A DNA stretch of 64,000 nucleotides from Laetmonice hystrix (Eukaryota), in the NCBI GenBank assembly GCA_965235115.1, contig OZ249436.1, positions 1,738,001 to 1,802,000 of the forward strand, written 5' to 3'. Shown here piece after piece: positions 43,281 to 54,984 of the stretch (positions are counted from its first letter, which is position 1; each line of letters opens with the position of its first letter). The position numbers were made by a program, and so were the translations under genes. The notes beneath the pieces were generated by a model. That model was given only the letters and a program-made list of their open reading frames with translations. It did not search any database and had not been told where the DNA came from.

Positions 43281-44384
43281 GTATATGAAAGAAAGTCTCC
43301 CATGCAGGCTACCACACATACAGAACGACAATCTGAATCACAACAGAATACTTTCCTACACGGTAACCCTGTGCCTCCGTACCCGCCTATATCGGTGGAG
43401 ATTCTAGTGTGGCCCCCTATTATCGCCCACTTCCCCCCTTCCCGAGGGGTGAAGACCGTCTGATCTCCCCCGCTGTGGGGCGTTCACTTCCTGCCGACCG
43501 ACGCCGTATAAACCCTCTTGTTGAGGCACCTCCCCAGGTGCTTTATATCGCCGCTCGTCAGACTAATCCAATTCGGCAAGATGGATGGCGAACTGGATTG
43601 CATTATCAGAATTGAATGTTGTCATAATTGGCTTTTGTTTATCAATATTTGGGCCAGTCGGAGACGGGTAAGGGGCGATGAATGGGGGGAACTCGGCAGG
43701 ACGCTGGCGGGCGGAAGGGACGCTAGCGTTCCCCCGGACGCCATGTCCGTCCGTCGGTACGTCCGGACGTCCCGCCGTACGTATGCGATCACGTGGTCAG
43801 GAAGAGAGCTCAAGTCTCGCCCGTATCCACGCGGAGTCCGAGAATGACCATGGAAGGGACTTTAACCACTTCAAACTCGCTCAACTCCCAGCGGCGAGTG
43901 TAGAGGGGGAATTCGGTGATAAATGTGCAATAAATCAGATGTGATCGAGAAAATAGTTCCTACATTAGCAGATTAATACGCTCATTGGATGGTTGGATAG
44001 ATAATAGTTTCAAGTCGGCCCACCACTGACCTTCGTGTGCATACTATAGAAAAACACAACTTAGGACGGATTGTGAAATGTGAAAGCAACCTTACAATCT
44101 AAAAGAAGTCATTTAATTCTTGCTGTTCGTAGAAAAACGTGCTGATTTCGACACAGACTGTAAGGTAATTAAAGGCCTAGACATACTTGACCTCTGTCCA
44201 GCTTTATACAGCCTTGACCTTTGACCCACTAGACGTACGCCTTTGTCTTCAGGGATCCTTTAACCTATTTCAGATACATGAATTCCCTTCAGTTCCTGCA
44301 GCTGTTGGTGCTATTGTTCTATGTTTGTTTTCTGGGATGGGAAGCACATTATATTGATACAACATGGACACAATGTACGGGAGA

Positions 44385-45474
44385 GACCACCAACAAACAG
44401 TTGGTTTTATAAACACTGACCACCAACAAAGTTGGTTTTATAAACACTGACCACCAACAAACAGTTGGTTTTATAAACACTGACCACCAACAAACAGTTG
44501 GTTTTATAAACACTGGCCACCAACAAACAGTTGGTTTTATAAACACTGACCACCAACAAACAGTTGGTTTTATAAACACTGACCACCAACAAACAGTTGG
44601 TTTTATAAACACTGACCACCAACAAACAGTTGGTTTTATAAACACTGACCACCAACAAACAGTTGGTTTTATAAACACTGACCACCAACAAACAGTTGGT
44701 TTTATAAACACTGACCACCAACAAACAGTTGGTTTTATAAACACTGACCACCAACAAACAGTTGGTTTTATAAACATTGACCACCAACAAACAGTTGGTT
44801 TTATAAACACTGACCACCAACAAACAGTTGTTTTTATAAACACTGACCACCAACAAACAGTTGGTTTTATAAACACTGGCCACCAACAAACAGTTGGTTT
44901 TATAAACACTGACCACCAACAAACAGTTGGTTTTATAAACACTGACCACCAACAAACAGTTGGTTTTATAAACACTGGCCACCAACAAACAGTTGGTTTT
45001 ATAAACACTGACCACCAACAAACAGTTGGTTTTATAAACACTGGCCACCAACAAACAGTTGGTTTTATAAACACTGGCCACCAACAAACAGTTGGTTTTA
45101 TAAACACTGACCACCAACAAACAGTTGGTTTTATAAACACTGACCACCAACAAACAGTTGGTTTTATAAACACTGACCACCAACAAACAGTTGGTTTTAT
45201 AAACACTGACCACCAACAAACAGTTGGTTTTATAAACACTGGCCACCAACAAACAGTTGGTTTTATAAACACTGACCACCAACAAACAGTTGGTTTTATA
45301 AACACTGACCACCAACAAACAGTAGGTTTTATAAACAATGACCACCAACAAACAGTAGGTTTTATAAACAATGACCACCAACAAACAGTAGGTTTTATAA
45401 ACACTGACCACCAACAAACAGTAGGTTTTATAAACACTGGCCACCAACAAACAGTTGGTTTTATAAACACTGAC
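44385..45474. repeat. 33-bp minisatellite, ~33 copies
   Basis: Unit GACCACCAACAAACAGTTGGTTTTATAAACACT. Confidence 0.97.
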
Positions 45475-45841
45475 ACTCGCCGTGAATTCCGTCAGTTCAA
45501 TCCGTTATCTTATCGAGTTAGTTTACTCGGATGGTTTGAGAACTCGTCGGGAGGATCAAGGGAAAGTGTTGAGCCACAAAATGTGGCCCGTGCCACAAAA
45601 TGAGGGTTTCCATCGAGGTGTGACACCTGATTTGGTATTAATCCAGTCTCTGTGTAGACGGGATTTAAATTGTTCGCGATTCGACACAGCATTAATTAGC
45701 GAGACACGTCTGGGCGGTTGTAGCCATGCAATCTAATCATCAAGATCTGGACATGGCCTGGACACTGGTCACAGTGCATGTCGGGGGGTCATCAGTCAGC
45801 CGGTGGTGGACGGCCGGGCAACCCGAGCCGGAGCGGAGACT

Positions 45842-46200
45842 GGCGGTGGGCAGGGCGGACGGGGCCGGGGGGGGGGCAGGGGACGGCGGTGGGCAAGGCT
45901 GGGCCGGGGCAGGGGGGAGGCCGGGGCAGGGGCCGGCGGTGGGCAAGGCTGGGCCGGGGCAGGAGGTGAGGCCGGGGCAGGGGCCGGCGGTGGGCAAGGC
46001 TGGGCCGGGGCAGGGGCCGGCGGTGGGCAAGGCTGGGCCGGGGCAAGGACCGGCGGTGGGCAAGGCTGGGCCGGGGCAGGGGCCGGCGGTGGGCAAGGCT
46101 GGGCCGGGGCAGGGGCCGGCGGTGGGCAAGGCTGGGCCGGGGCAAGGACCGGCGGTGGGCAAGGCTGGGCCGGGGCAGGGGTAAGGCCGGGGCAGGACCG
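45842..46200. repeat. 33-bp GC-rich minisatellite, ~9 copies
   Basis: Unit GGCGGTGGGCAAGGCTGGGCCGGGGCAGGGGCC. Confidence 0.93.
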
Positions 46201-46249
46201 CGCTTCGGACCACGGCTGGGCCGGAGCAGTTTGCGGGGTAGGGGCTAGG

Positions 46250-47333
46250 TACGAAAGCCCAGAAGGATCATTCGAGATTCGAAATTCGAAATTCGAGATT
46301 CAATATCTGAATTTCGAGATTCGAAATTCGAGATTCAATATCCAAAGTAACCAATCGGGAGTACGCTTCTATATTATAACACGGCCAATGAAATGTCGTG
46401 TGACATATTAATCACTCTGGCAAACGGAAAGGGTAACGGGGAGGGGACAATCCCCTATGGGTTAGAGTTAAGGCTAGGTTTAGGGTTAGTTATATTTAGT
46501 TTTAGGTCTCCTATGGGTTAAGGTTAAGGTTAGGTTTAGGGTGGGTTAAGGTTAAGGTTAGGTTTAGGGTTAGTGATATTTGGTGTCAGCTTTATCCGTA
46601 TAACTGTGTAGCGTATTGTGTAGCGTGTCTGGCTATTGATCAGAGGTTCGTGACTCGTGGGTTCGAACCCCAGTGTAAATGTGCTTTTTTCACAAAGGGT
46701 TAACGTTATATTTAATAAGGACAGGGAATATTACAAAACTTTTAAAAACTGTTTGTGGGATACAGGGTTAGTGATATATACTATAGACTATTGACAGTTT
46801 AATAAAACGCGTCCCCTGGGAAACAGGCCACATATATGCGTAACACCAACACGCACAAGATATTGCCTGTAATATACACACATTATTGTGGATATAAGTT
46901 TATACACCTGTGAATCCACGACATCGTGTGTATACACGGGTATACGCACAAGGTCGTGCGTACACGAAACAGTGAGCACGACCTTGTGTATATTGACTGA
47001 TATGTCGGCACAAGTCAGCCGGTGGCCAAATAGTCCGGGCGTAGGTACTTCCCTTCCATAACGCTATGGACCCGAGCGATAATATTTTTTCTTACCCGTG
47101 ACGTCACGGCCATTACCCCACATGAGCCGATATGTCCACGATCTTGTGCGTATAGACGCAGCCTTTCATTGGTCACGAGTCACCTGATTTTGAGAGCTTT
47201 CCTCTGATTGGTTACTTTGGATATTGAATCTCGAATCTCGAAATTCAGATATTGAATCTCGAATCTCGAAATTCAGATATTGAATCTCGAATTTCGAATC
47301 TTGAATCTCGAATGATCCTTCTGGGCTTTCGTA
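46250..47333. mobile_element. Non-autonomous DNA transposon (1084 bp), TAC..GTA termini, 6-bp TSD, IS3EU-like
   Basis: Left end TACGAAAGCCCAGAAGGATCATTCGAGATTC... (46250-46356) is the reverse complement of the right end (47206-47333, ...GAATCTCGAATGATCCTTCTGGGCTTTCGTA). Identical direct repeat GCTAGG at 46244-46249 and 47334-47339. No transposase ORF. Superfamily call rests only on termini and TSD length. Confidence 0.9.
46602..46691 (+). pseudogene. Degenerate tRNA-like (Pol III A/B box) sequence inside the transposon
   Basis: A-box-like TAGCGTATTG; anticodon-like arm TCTGG-CTATTGA-TCAGA (46628-46644); T-arm TGGG-TTCGAAC-CCCA with B box GGTTCGAACCC (46660-46670); T-run at 46685-46691; acceptor stem not intact. 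Confidence 0.5.
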
Positions 47334-47880
47334 GCTAGGAGCCAGACTGGCCCGGTCTGGCGTTACAGACTGGAGTATACAATATGTACCTGTTTACATC
47401 CCGCTGTGAAGAGTATGCAAGAGGAGACATTGCACAGTCTACATCTCCGCTGCTATACGACGGCCGATATGGATATCCGAGACTTAACCCTATGCAATAC
47501 AAGATCTGAGTGGAAAGGTTTATGTTGGCCCTCAGATCAAACAGAGAGATTTCTTGCACTGAGAGAAATAAAACGAAAAGAAAGGACATACACTCAGATC
47601 ATGCTTTGTAAGCAGACAAGTTATGAAAGTTTGAATTCATTCAATGACACTTGTTTTTCTTCCTATCAAATCAATCTCACGGTAATATGATCTAGGTGTC
47701 ATACGGTCAGGGTATCCTGATATCGAATCAGGTGGGGGGGTAAATTGTCCTGTCCCTTTTGTTGGCATCAGGGGGTTTAAAACTATGCCCCTTTTGTTAG
47801 TATTAGGGGTTTTTTAAACTATACCATGTCCCTTTTGTTGGTATTAGGGGTTTTTAAACTACAATGCCCCTTTTGTTGAC

Positions 47881-48179
47881 GATATAGTTTCTCTTACTGT
47901 TCGCCAACCAATATTCATAAAACATAGGTCGATATAGTTTCTCTTACTGTTCGCCAACCAATATTCATAAAACATAGGTCGATATAGTTTCTCTTACTGT
48001 TCGCCAACCAATATTCATAAAACATAGGTCGATATAGTTTCTCTTACTGTTCGCCAACCAATATTCATAAAACATAGGTCGATATAGTTTCTCTTACTGT
48101 TCGCCAACCAATATTCATAAAACATAGGTCGATATAGTTTCTCTTACTGTTCGCCAACCAATATTCATAAAACATAGGT
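47881..48179. repeat. 50-bp minisatellite, 6 essentially identical copies
   Basis: Unit GATATAGTTTCTCTTACTGTTCGCCAACCAATATTCATAAAACATAGGTC. Confidence 0.97.
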
Positions 48180-48859
48180 TGCGTGTCAATGTGTGGCGGC
48201 CGTAGACGAACCAATGTTTGACGCAGCTGTTAGTAGAGTTGGTGGCCTCAGTCTGACTGACGGCTGTCAGGTATGGCCATACACCACGGCTGACCAACTG
48301 GTGACCGGTATACGGAGGTCAAAGGTCACCACACATGCGTGGAGAGCAGTAGCGGGGTAGCGCCAACATTGACTTGATCTCATGCTGAGCTCGTCACGCA
48401 GATGCGAGAGGTGAAAAAACGAATTTTTCGCTGTAACAATTTTTTCCCGTGTAAGAAGCAAACAATGCAACCCATCTATAAACACAGCTGAACCCGACAA
48501 TAAATAATAAGTCGACAATTAAATTGGATTCTAACAAGTAACATAAATTAAGTTAGACGTAAAGAGTAAAGTTTTATTGCCTGTTTTCACTGTTGGTATA
48601 TGACAGAGGCTATTGTATAATTTACCTGTACGGAGGCCTCCCACCTATATCATTGCTGACAGTTTGACCTACATAAATGATGACCACCAACCTCCTGCTT
48701 TCGGTACAATATGACTAAACTTTACATAAATATACCCACGAGTCTTCATAAATATACCCACGAGTCTTCATAATAAGACTGAAGAGGAACATAATCATAT
48801 TGTAAAGTAATTCGTAAATAATATGTGTATATTCGTTAATTTCGATAGTTACGTGAATG

Positions 48860-49091
48860 CTTTCTATTAGAAACGTTTGAATCGAAACGATTTGAGAGAT
48901 ATTTTAGAGATACAAAGTATAACAATGTATTTAGACAGAATCTCAGGACTATAGATCTCCACGGCGACTGATTACTATAAGTATTACCTAACCTTTCTAT
49001 TAGAAACGTTTAAATCGAAACGATTCGAGAGATATTTTAGAGATACAAAGTATAACCATGTATTTAGACAGAATCTCAGACCTATAGATCT
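48860..49091. repeat. ~100-bp direct duplication (period ~133 bp)
   Basis: CTTTCTATTAGAAACGTTT...GACAGAATCTCAG..CTATAGATCTC at ~48860 and ~48993. Confidence 0.88.
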
Positions 49092-49640
49092 CTGATGACG
49101 ATAAGTGTTACTTTACCGACTTCATTATAACAACCTCTCAACGAGTGCACATAGGTCACAGACATGGCACACTTCACATCAATGTGCATGGACGGAGAAA
49201 ATGAAGATGTTTTTCTGTGACTCGCATGTGATCTTTCTTCCTTTTCTAGGGCCCAGAGTGGCCTAGATATAATCATCTCCTCCAGGGCTGTCCGTGCTGC
49301 TCGTACTGTGAGGACACATACCTGTAGCGTAGCGAAAACGTCCTTTAAATGTGACCAGGCATTACAATCTGAGGTCTAGGTCCATACACGTCAGTCTGCA
49401 TGCGTGCAAGACGAAAACGTCAGCCCCAAATCAACCGAACACCATGATAATGGCTTCTCCAATTCATACTCTGATCAGTATAATAGGGTTGGTATTATGA
49501 AGGGGGTTGGGGTTGGGGCGGGGGGTATGAATGGCCACCCCAGCGTGACCTTGGCAAGCGGGGGTGTCATTATATTAACGACATCTTCAATCTGAGGTAT
49601 TTGCCAACTCGAGTGTTCCAGCATGCAGAGGAAACCAGTA

Positions 49641-50766
49641 AACCCTAACACAGTCTTACTAAACACAGTCAGTAGTGTGAACCCTAACACAGTCTTACTA
49701 AACTCAGTCAGTAGTGTGAACCCTAACACAGTCTTACTAAACTCAGTCAGTAGTGTGAACCCTAACACAGTCTTACTAAACTCAGTCAGTAGTGTGAACC
49801 CTAACACAGTCTTACTAAACTCAGTCAGTAGTGTGAACCCTAACACAGTCTTACTAAACTCAGTCAGTAGTGTGAACCCTAACACAGTCTTACTAAACTC
49901 AGTCAGTAGTGTGAACCCTAACACAGTCTTACTAAAGGCGGCCAGTAGTGTGAACCCTAACACAGTCTTACTAAACTCAGTCAGTAGTGTGAACCCTAAC
50001 ACAGTCTTACTAAACACGGCCAGTAGTGTGAACCCTAACACAGTCTTACTAAACACGGTCAGTAGTGTGAACCCTAACACAGTCTTACTAAACTCAGTCA
50101 GTAGTGTGAACCCTAACACGTACAGTCTTACTAAACACGGTCAGTAGTGTGAACCCTAACACAGTCTTACTAAACACGGTCAGTAGTGTGAACCCTAACA
50201 CGTACAGTCTTACTAAACTCAGTCAGTAGTGTGAACCCTAACACAGTCTTACTAAACTCAGTCAGTAGTGTGAACCCTAACACAGTCTTACTAAACACGG
50301 TCAGTAGTGTGAACCCTAACACAGTCTTACTAAACTCAGTCAGTAGTGTGAACCCTAACACAGTCTTACTAAACTCAGTCAGTAGTGTGAACCCTAACAC
50401 AGTCTTACTAAACTCAGTCAGTAGTGTGAACCCTAACACAGTCTTACTAAACACGGTCAGTAGTGTGAACCCTAACACAGTCTTACTAAACACGGTCAGT
50501 AGTGTGAACCCTAACACAGTCTTACTAAACTCAGTCAGTAGGCCTAGTGTGAACCCTAACACAGTCTTACTAAACTCAGTCAGTAGTGTGAACCCTAACA
50601 CAGTCTTACTAAACTCAGTCAGTAGTGTGAACCCTAACACAGTCTTACTAAACTCAGTCAGTAGTGTGAACCCTAACACAGTCTTACTAAACTCAGTCAG
50701 TAGTGTGAACCCTAACACAGTCTTACTAAAGGCGGCCAGTAGTGTGAACCCTAACACAGTTTTACT
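49641..50766. repeat. 39-bp minisatellite, ~29 copies
   Basis: Unit AACCCTAACACAGTCTTACTAAACTCAGTCAGTAGTGTG. Confidence 0.97.
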
Positions 50767-51327
50767 TTACGGCGGCATGCCCGCATAGTCACGTGACCTG
50801 CTGCTAGAACACCCACCCTCCACTCTCAGCGGTTCCTTTGATGTTCCCGGGGCACATTACGACGTAGCACGAAGGTGGTGGAGCCACAATCCACCGTGGT
50901 CGGATCCATACGACATCAAATAGTATCCTTAGAAATTCCCCCAAGTTATGTAAACAAATGACTAAAAATTTAAAGTGAGGAAATATAGAGATTACTTGGG
51001 TAACCAACAAACTATTAGAATTCCTTAAAAGGAAGGTTATATAGGTCACAATAGACTTACTTCTTGGCATATACCCAGTTGTAAAATAGAATGCCAGTAT
51101 ACATACTACTGATTGTACGATATAGGCCTCGAACAGTATACTCTCAGTGATGGGCATTACATGTAATTTTACTTTTGTTTATAAGCAATCTATTTGAGTA
51201 CTATCTACACTCTAAAAACAAATTGGTTAATCTAACCAAAATATTGGTTAATTTAACAAATGGAATGAGTTCCACCAATAATTTGGTTGAAACAACCGAT
51301 CCTGATTGGTTGACTTATAACTATCTA

Positions 51328-51818
51328 CACTCTAAAAACAAATTGGTTAATCTAACCAAAATATTGGTTAATTTAACCAATGGAATGAGTTCCACCAATA
51401 ATTTGGTTGAAACAACCAACCCTGATTGGTTGACTTATAACCATTTAGAATTGGTAGATTTAACCAATCAACCAAGAAAATTAATTAGACACTGCACTAA
51501 TGAATTATGATAAGCGGGAAACAAACATCTTGCTTTTTTAGTTTAAACACGGTTTCATTAGCCGGCTATCACATGTCGGTATATGCCCACGGTTTCATTA
51601 GCCGGCTATCACATGTCGGTATATGACACTACGGGGTATAGACAGAGAAAGGGACAGGGAAGAGTCAATTACATTGGTTGTTAATCGCAACCAATGCGAT
51701 TGGTTACCCAATAACCAACGTATTGGTTGTGACTTCACCAAATTGTTGGTTAAAACAACCAGAATAGGCTCAACCAATGAGATTGGTAGTTTTTTTCAAC
51801 CAATCTGTTTTTGGAGTG
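51328..51818. mobile_element. MITE/non-autonomous DNA transposon with CAC..GTG termini flanked by TA (EnSpm/CACTA-like)
   Basis: TA|CACTCTAAAAACAAATTGGTT ... AACCAATCTGTTTTTGGAGTG|TA imperfect TIRs; many subterminal AACCAA/TTGGTT repeats; left end tandemly duplicated (extra copy begins 51208). Confidence 0.8.
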
Positions 51819-53110
51819 TATCGATCGATATATTATAAAATACACATAAACAATTAATGTAACTATAGTAACGGTCATTAAATACCACACAGTCATATAC
51901 CACTAAGAAACGACGGAAATTAGACAGTTGATCAAAAAGTTTAACTACAATTTTTTAGCACTTATATGGGGTCTATGCCCTATTTAATTTAGCACGACAT
52001 AGTGCTGTGAACAACTATGAAAACTTCCAAACGTTCAGTGTATAACAAAGTGTTCCTGGGAATGAGTGGGTTACGTTAGTATTTCAGGGTTAACACTGGT
52101 TTCTGTAGATTTATCCATGCAGTTTGAGTGGTCAGTTACAATACGACGTCTCTATGTCTAGGTCTCTAAGTGTGGTCTCAGCAGTTTGTAACACTCAACT
52201 GACCGCCCAGCGATGGTCAGTCACTGCCCGGCGGTCGTTGCTCGGCATCTGTTGGGAGGCCAAACCGCGCCCATAACAGCCCGGTCAATTGTTTGTCATA
52301 GTGCCTCTCTCACCTATCTCTATTGGTCTTTTGTCTGCCGGGCTAGTTTGTGGTTCTTCGTCACTCGGGCGTGCTCCTGCTAACACTGTTCTGACCGCCC
52401 CCTCGGGCCTGGCCGGCCGGCCGGCGGGTGCTGCCGGCGGGCCCGGCCCGGATGGTCGACCCGCCCGGCCGCCCGGTCGCCGTATGCCGGCCTCCCGGTG
52501 AGTTCCTGCCGTGACGACAGCCCCACACCGCCGTGCCTCCCCGGCCCCTCCCCGCACGTCGTCCGGGGGGATGATTACAGGCAACCCGGGAGTGGGTTCA
52601 CGGTACGGACCCCCTGACCCGCCGCCTGACCCGGCCTTGTGACGGCAGGAGTGGTGGGCGGAGTACCGACGTTCAAAATCCGCATTGATTGATGCATACC
52701 AGAGAATCTTTATACCAGAAACTTTTTGTGAAGTGAACCTCTCTATATCTAAACCTATATTAGGTTGGTTACAGTGCAAACACACCCCCAATGTACAACT
52801 TTAGGTCAATAATTGAGAAAGGGCGAAGAACTGACCTCACATATTGAGACAAACTTCGAAAAGGAAGATTTCATGATCGAAGTTTAAACCTTAACGCTAT
52901 AAATCAAATCGCCTAATTCAGTCCATTCGTCAAGCTATGTAATTATATTGATTGGAATCTTAATGTAGCTTGTACAAATGAACAACTGACTTAATTCATC
53001 GTTATTTATTCTATGCCCGCCAGTAAGAGTCGCTCGTCAAAGTTTTGATCAAACAAAATGTCAAACAAGCCCAGCGTTAATATGGAATATATTTCACGCG
53101 AGAGCCCATT

Positions 53111-54984
53111 TCTAACCTGGCCCATGTAGACGTGCCTCAGTCTATGAGACAGTAGAATATTGGGCTGAGCGTATAGAATTTATCTAACCTGGCCCATGTA
53201 GACGTGCCTCAGTCTATGAGACAGTAGAATATTGGGCTGAGAGTATAGAATTTATCTAACCTGGCCCATGTAGACGTGCCTCAGTCTATGAGACAGTAGA
53301 ATATTGGGCTGAGAGTATAGAATTGATCTAACCTGGCCCATGTAGACGTGCCTCAATCTATGAGACAGTAGAATATTGGGCTGAGAGTATAGAATTCATC
53401 TAACCTGGCCCATGTAGACGTGCCTCAGTCTATGAGACAGTAGAATATTGGGCTGAGAGTATAGAATTTATCTAACCTGGCCCATGTAGACGTGCCTCAG
53501 TCTATGAGACAGTAGAATATTGGGCTGAGAGTATAGAATTTATCTAACCTGGCCCATGTAGACGTGCCTCAGTCTATGAGACAGTAGAATATTGGCCTGA
53601 GAGTATAGAATTTATCTAACCTGGCCCATGTAGACGTGCCTCAGTCTATGAGACAGTAGAATATTGGACTGAGAGTATAGAATTTATCTAATCTGGCCCA
53701 TGTAGACGTGCCTCAGTCTATGAGACAGTAGAATATTGGGCTGAGAGTATAGAATTTATCTAACCGGGCCCATGTAGACGTGCCTCAGTCTATGAGACAG
53801 TAGAATATTGGGCTGAGAGTATAGAATTTATCTAACCTGGCCCATGTAGACGTGTCTCAGTCTATGAGACAGTAGAATATTGGGCTGAGAGTATAGAATT
53901 TATCTAACCTGGCCCATGTAGACGTGCCTCAGGCTATGAGACAGTAGAATATTGGGCTGAGAGTATAGAATTTATCTAACCGGGCCCATGTCGACGTGCC
54001 TCAGTCTATGAGACTGTAGAATATTGGGCTGAGAGTATAGAATTTATCTAACCTGGCCCATGTAGACGTGCCTCAGTCTATGAGACAGTAGAATATTGGG
54101 CTGAGAGTATAGAATTTATCTAACCTGGCCCGTGTAGACGTGACTCAGTCTATGAGACAGTAGAATATTGGGCTGAGAGTATAGAATTTATCTAACCTGG
54201 CCCATGTAGACGTGCCTCAGTCTATGAGACAGTAGAATATTGGGCTGAGAGTATAGAATTTATCTAACCTGGCCCATGTAGACGTGCCTCAGTCTATGAG
54301 ACAGTAGAATATTGGGCTGAGAGTATAGAATTTATCTAACCTGGCCCATGTAGACGTGCCTCAGTCTATGAGACAGTAGAATATTGGGCCGAGAGTATAG
54401 AATTTATCTAACCTGGCCCATGTAGACGTGCCTCAGTCTATGAGACAGTAGAATATTGGGCCGAGAGTATAGAATTTATCTAACCTGGCCCATGTAGACG
54501 TGCCTCAGTCTATGAGACAGTAGAATATTGGGCTGAGAGTATAGAATTTATCTAACCTGGCCCATGTAGACGTGCCTCAGTCTATGAGACAGTAGAATAT
54601 TGGGCTGAGAGTATAGAATTTATCTAACCTGGCCCATGTAGACGTGCCTCAGTCTATGAGACAGTAAAATATTGGGCTCAGAGTATAGAATTTATCTAAC
54701 CTGGCCCATGTAGACGTGCCTCAGTCTATGAGACAGTAGAATATTGGGCTGAGAGTATAGAATTTATCTAACCTGGCCCATGTAGACGTGCCTCAGTCTA
54801 TGAGACAGTAGAATATTGGGCTCAGAGTATAGAATTTATCTAACCTGGCCCATGTAGACGTGCCTCAGTCTATGAGACAGTAGAATATTGGGCTGAGAGT
54901 ATAGAATTTATCTAACCTGGCCCATGTAGACGTGCCTCAGTCTATGAGACAGTAGAATATTGGGCTGAGAGTATAGAATTTATC
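53111..54984. repeat. 72-bp satellite array, ~26 copies
   Basis: Unit TCTAACCTGGCCCATGTAGACGTGCCTCAGTCTATGAGACAGTAGAATATTGGGCTGAGAGTATAGAATTTA. Confidence 0.98.

Noticed and set aside
44349..45476. 375/347-aa repetitive ORFs (likewise those at 11.5, 25.0-25.9, 34.2-35.1, 45.7-46.4 and 49.5-50.8 kb)
   Set aside because: Unit lengths are multiples of 3 without stops; no non-repetitive protein context.
49188..49198. TGGACGGAGAA identical to the first 11 nt of miR-184
   Set aside because: Remaining sequence diverges and there is no complementary star arm.
26357..54984. Arrays as CRISPR-like repeat-spacer loci
   Set aside because: Units abut directly with no unique spacers; no cas genes; eukaryotic context.
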